Below, in pieces: positions 62,718-64,000 of a stretch of DNA of 64,000 nt. How positions within the stretch are numbered: position 1 is the stretch's first letter; each line of letters begins with the position of its first letter. This DNA comes from Candidatus Latescibacterota bacterium (GTDB lineage Bacteria > Latescibacterota > UBA2968). The DNA is taken from contig OZ240241.1 in the NCBI GenBank assembly GCA_965198115.1, positions 4,672,001 through 4,736,000 of the forward strand. The letters run 5' to 3'. Position numbers and translations under genes: made by a program. The notes beneath the pieces were generated by a model. It was not told the origin of the DNA and searched no databases. It saw only the letters and a program-made list of their open reading frames with translations.

Positions 62718-63185
62718 ATGACAGATGGCAAAACCTGCCGAGAGCACCATGTCGCCCAGCTGAACATTGCGAAAATGAAGGCGCCGCTCGACGACCCCCT
62801 GATGGCAGACTTCGTCGATGCGCTCGATCCCGTAAACAAGCTGGCCGACGAGAGCCCTGGTTTCGTATGGCGTCTGCAGAGCGATGACGGGGCCGCTACC
62901 TCCTACCGACCCTTCGCCGACGATACGATCCTCGTCAATCTGTCCGTCTGGGAATCGGTCGAATCCCTGCAGGCCTTCTTCACATCTGGCTTACACGCGG
63001 CCGTGATGCGTCGCCGCCGCGAGTGGTTCGAGAAGATGGTCGAGGCCTATGCCGTACTCTGGTGGGTACCGGCCGGCCACATCCCCACGGTCGAAGAGTC
63101 CAAGAAAAAACTACAGCTCCTCCGGGAATACGGACCGACTCAGGAAGCGTTTTCCTTTGGACAGTTCTATCCTCGACCGATCTGA
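62718..63185 (+). CDS. DUF3291-like protein
   Basis: AQLNIA, SPGFVWRL, NLSVWES, VLWWVPAGH, GPT.EAF. Confidence 0.85.
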   Translation: MTDGKTCREHHVAQLNIAKMKAPLDDPLMADFVDALDPVNKLADESPGFVWRLQSDDGAATSYRPFADDTILVNLSVWESVESLQAFFTSGLHAAVMRRRREWFEKMVEAYAVLWWVPAGHIPTVEESKKKLQLLREYGPTQEAFSFGQFYPRPI

Positions 63186-63260
63186 AACAGATCCCGTTTC
63201 CCGAACGAATGATCCCGGGCATACGAATCGAGCGAACGGTCTCCCACAGCCGAGCGTTTA

Positions 63261-64000
63261 GTGAAAATCATCATCGTTACAGGTGGTAGCCGGGGCATCG
63301 GCGCAGCGACTTCGCGGCTCGCCGGCGAACGTGGCTACTCGGTTGGAGTCAACTATCGCGAAAACGCAGAGGCGGCGAATCAGGTCGTCGATGAAATCGA
63401 GAAAAACGGAGGAAAGGCCGTCGCGGTCCAAGCCGACGTCTCAATGGAAACGGATGTCGTACGGATGTTTGAAACGGTGGATGCTGAACTCGGCACGCCG
63501 ACGGCGCTCGTCAACAACGCGGCGATCCTCGGCCCGCGTGCACGGGTGGAGGAGCTCGATGCCGAACGCATCGATCGCGTCTTTGCGGTCAACGTGAAGG
63601 GGAGCTTTCTCTGTGCGAGGGAAGCGGTACGAAGGATGTCGACCCGAAATGATGGTGAGGGGGGCGCCATCGTCAACGTCTCGTCGGGCGCTTCGACTTT
63701 TGGATCGCCGAACACCTATGTCGACTACGCTGCAACCAAAGGGGTAATCGACACACTGACGATCGGCCTCGCCAAAGAGGTCGCCGACGAAGGCATTCGC
63801 GTGAACGGCGTCCGTCCCGGTTTCATCTACACGGACATCCACGCAACATTCGGCGAACCCGACCGCGTCGACCGAATGGCGAAAACCGTTCCGATGAAGC
63901 GGGGCGGGCAACCGGAGGAAATCGCCAGCGCCATCCTGTGGCTGCTGTCAGATGAAGCGTCCTACACGACCGGCGCGATCCTTGACGTAGGAGGCGGAAC
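63261..64000 (+). CDS. SDR oxidoreductase, runs off the window end
   Basis: GTG start VKIIIVTGGSRGIG; NNA, YAATK, VRPG; absent from the ORF track because no stop is in the window. Confidence 0.88.
   Translation, partial: MKIIIVTGGSRGIGAATSRLAGERGYSVGVNYRENAEAANQVVDEIEKNGGKAVAVQADVSMETDVVRMFETVDAELGTPTALVNNAAILGPRARVEELDAERIDRVFAVNVKGSFLCAREAVRRMSTRNDGEGGAIVNVSSGASTFGSPNTYVDYAATKGVIDTLTIGLAKEVADEGIRVNGVRPGFIYTDIHATFGEPDRVDRMAKTVPMKRGGQPEEIASAILWLLSDEASYTTGAILDVGGG

Noticed and set aside
1-64000. CRISPR arrays, tRNA/rRNA, prophage, reverse-transcriptase systems
   Set aside because: No regularly spaced repeats, cloverleafs, phage or RT genes were recognised by eye

Overview
GC-rich (about 60% by eye) bacterial chromosomal accessory region, mostly on the + strand. 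It carries catabolic enzymes: 5 PhyH-type and 1 TauD-type Fe/2OG dioxygenases, 2 sulfatases, amidase, ThDP enzyme, GGT, a haloacetate-dehalogenase-like hydrolase and class I fumarase. It also carries six kinase-fold (APH/STK-like) genes, several repeat proteins (LRR, HEAT x2, ankyrin x2, FG-GAP), a HigBA toxin-antitoxin pair and two FtsX/MacB-type permeases. Six IS elements are present: IS200, 2x IS256, an IS3-like element, and ISAzo13 with a nested ISL3. Three of the insertions split host genes. About a dozen genes are frameshifted, most likely from long-read assembly indels. The gene repertoire resembles Latescibacterota/Poribacteria-type MAGs (inference only). Best candidates for something new: (1) an ECF sigma factor fused to an APH-like domain that has lost its catalytic loop, with a putative autoregulated promoter and a divergent APH gene; (2) a promoter plus switchable terminator/antiterminator leader RNA upstream of the permeases; (3) an IS3-like element with a 15-bp target duplication. 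No rRNA, tRNA or CRISPR array was seen. All family calls are from motif recognition, not database searches.
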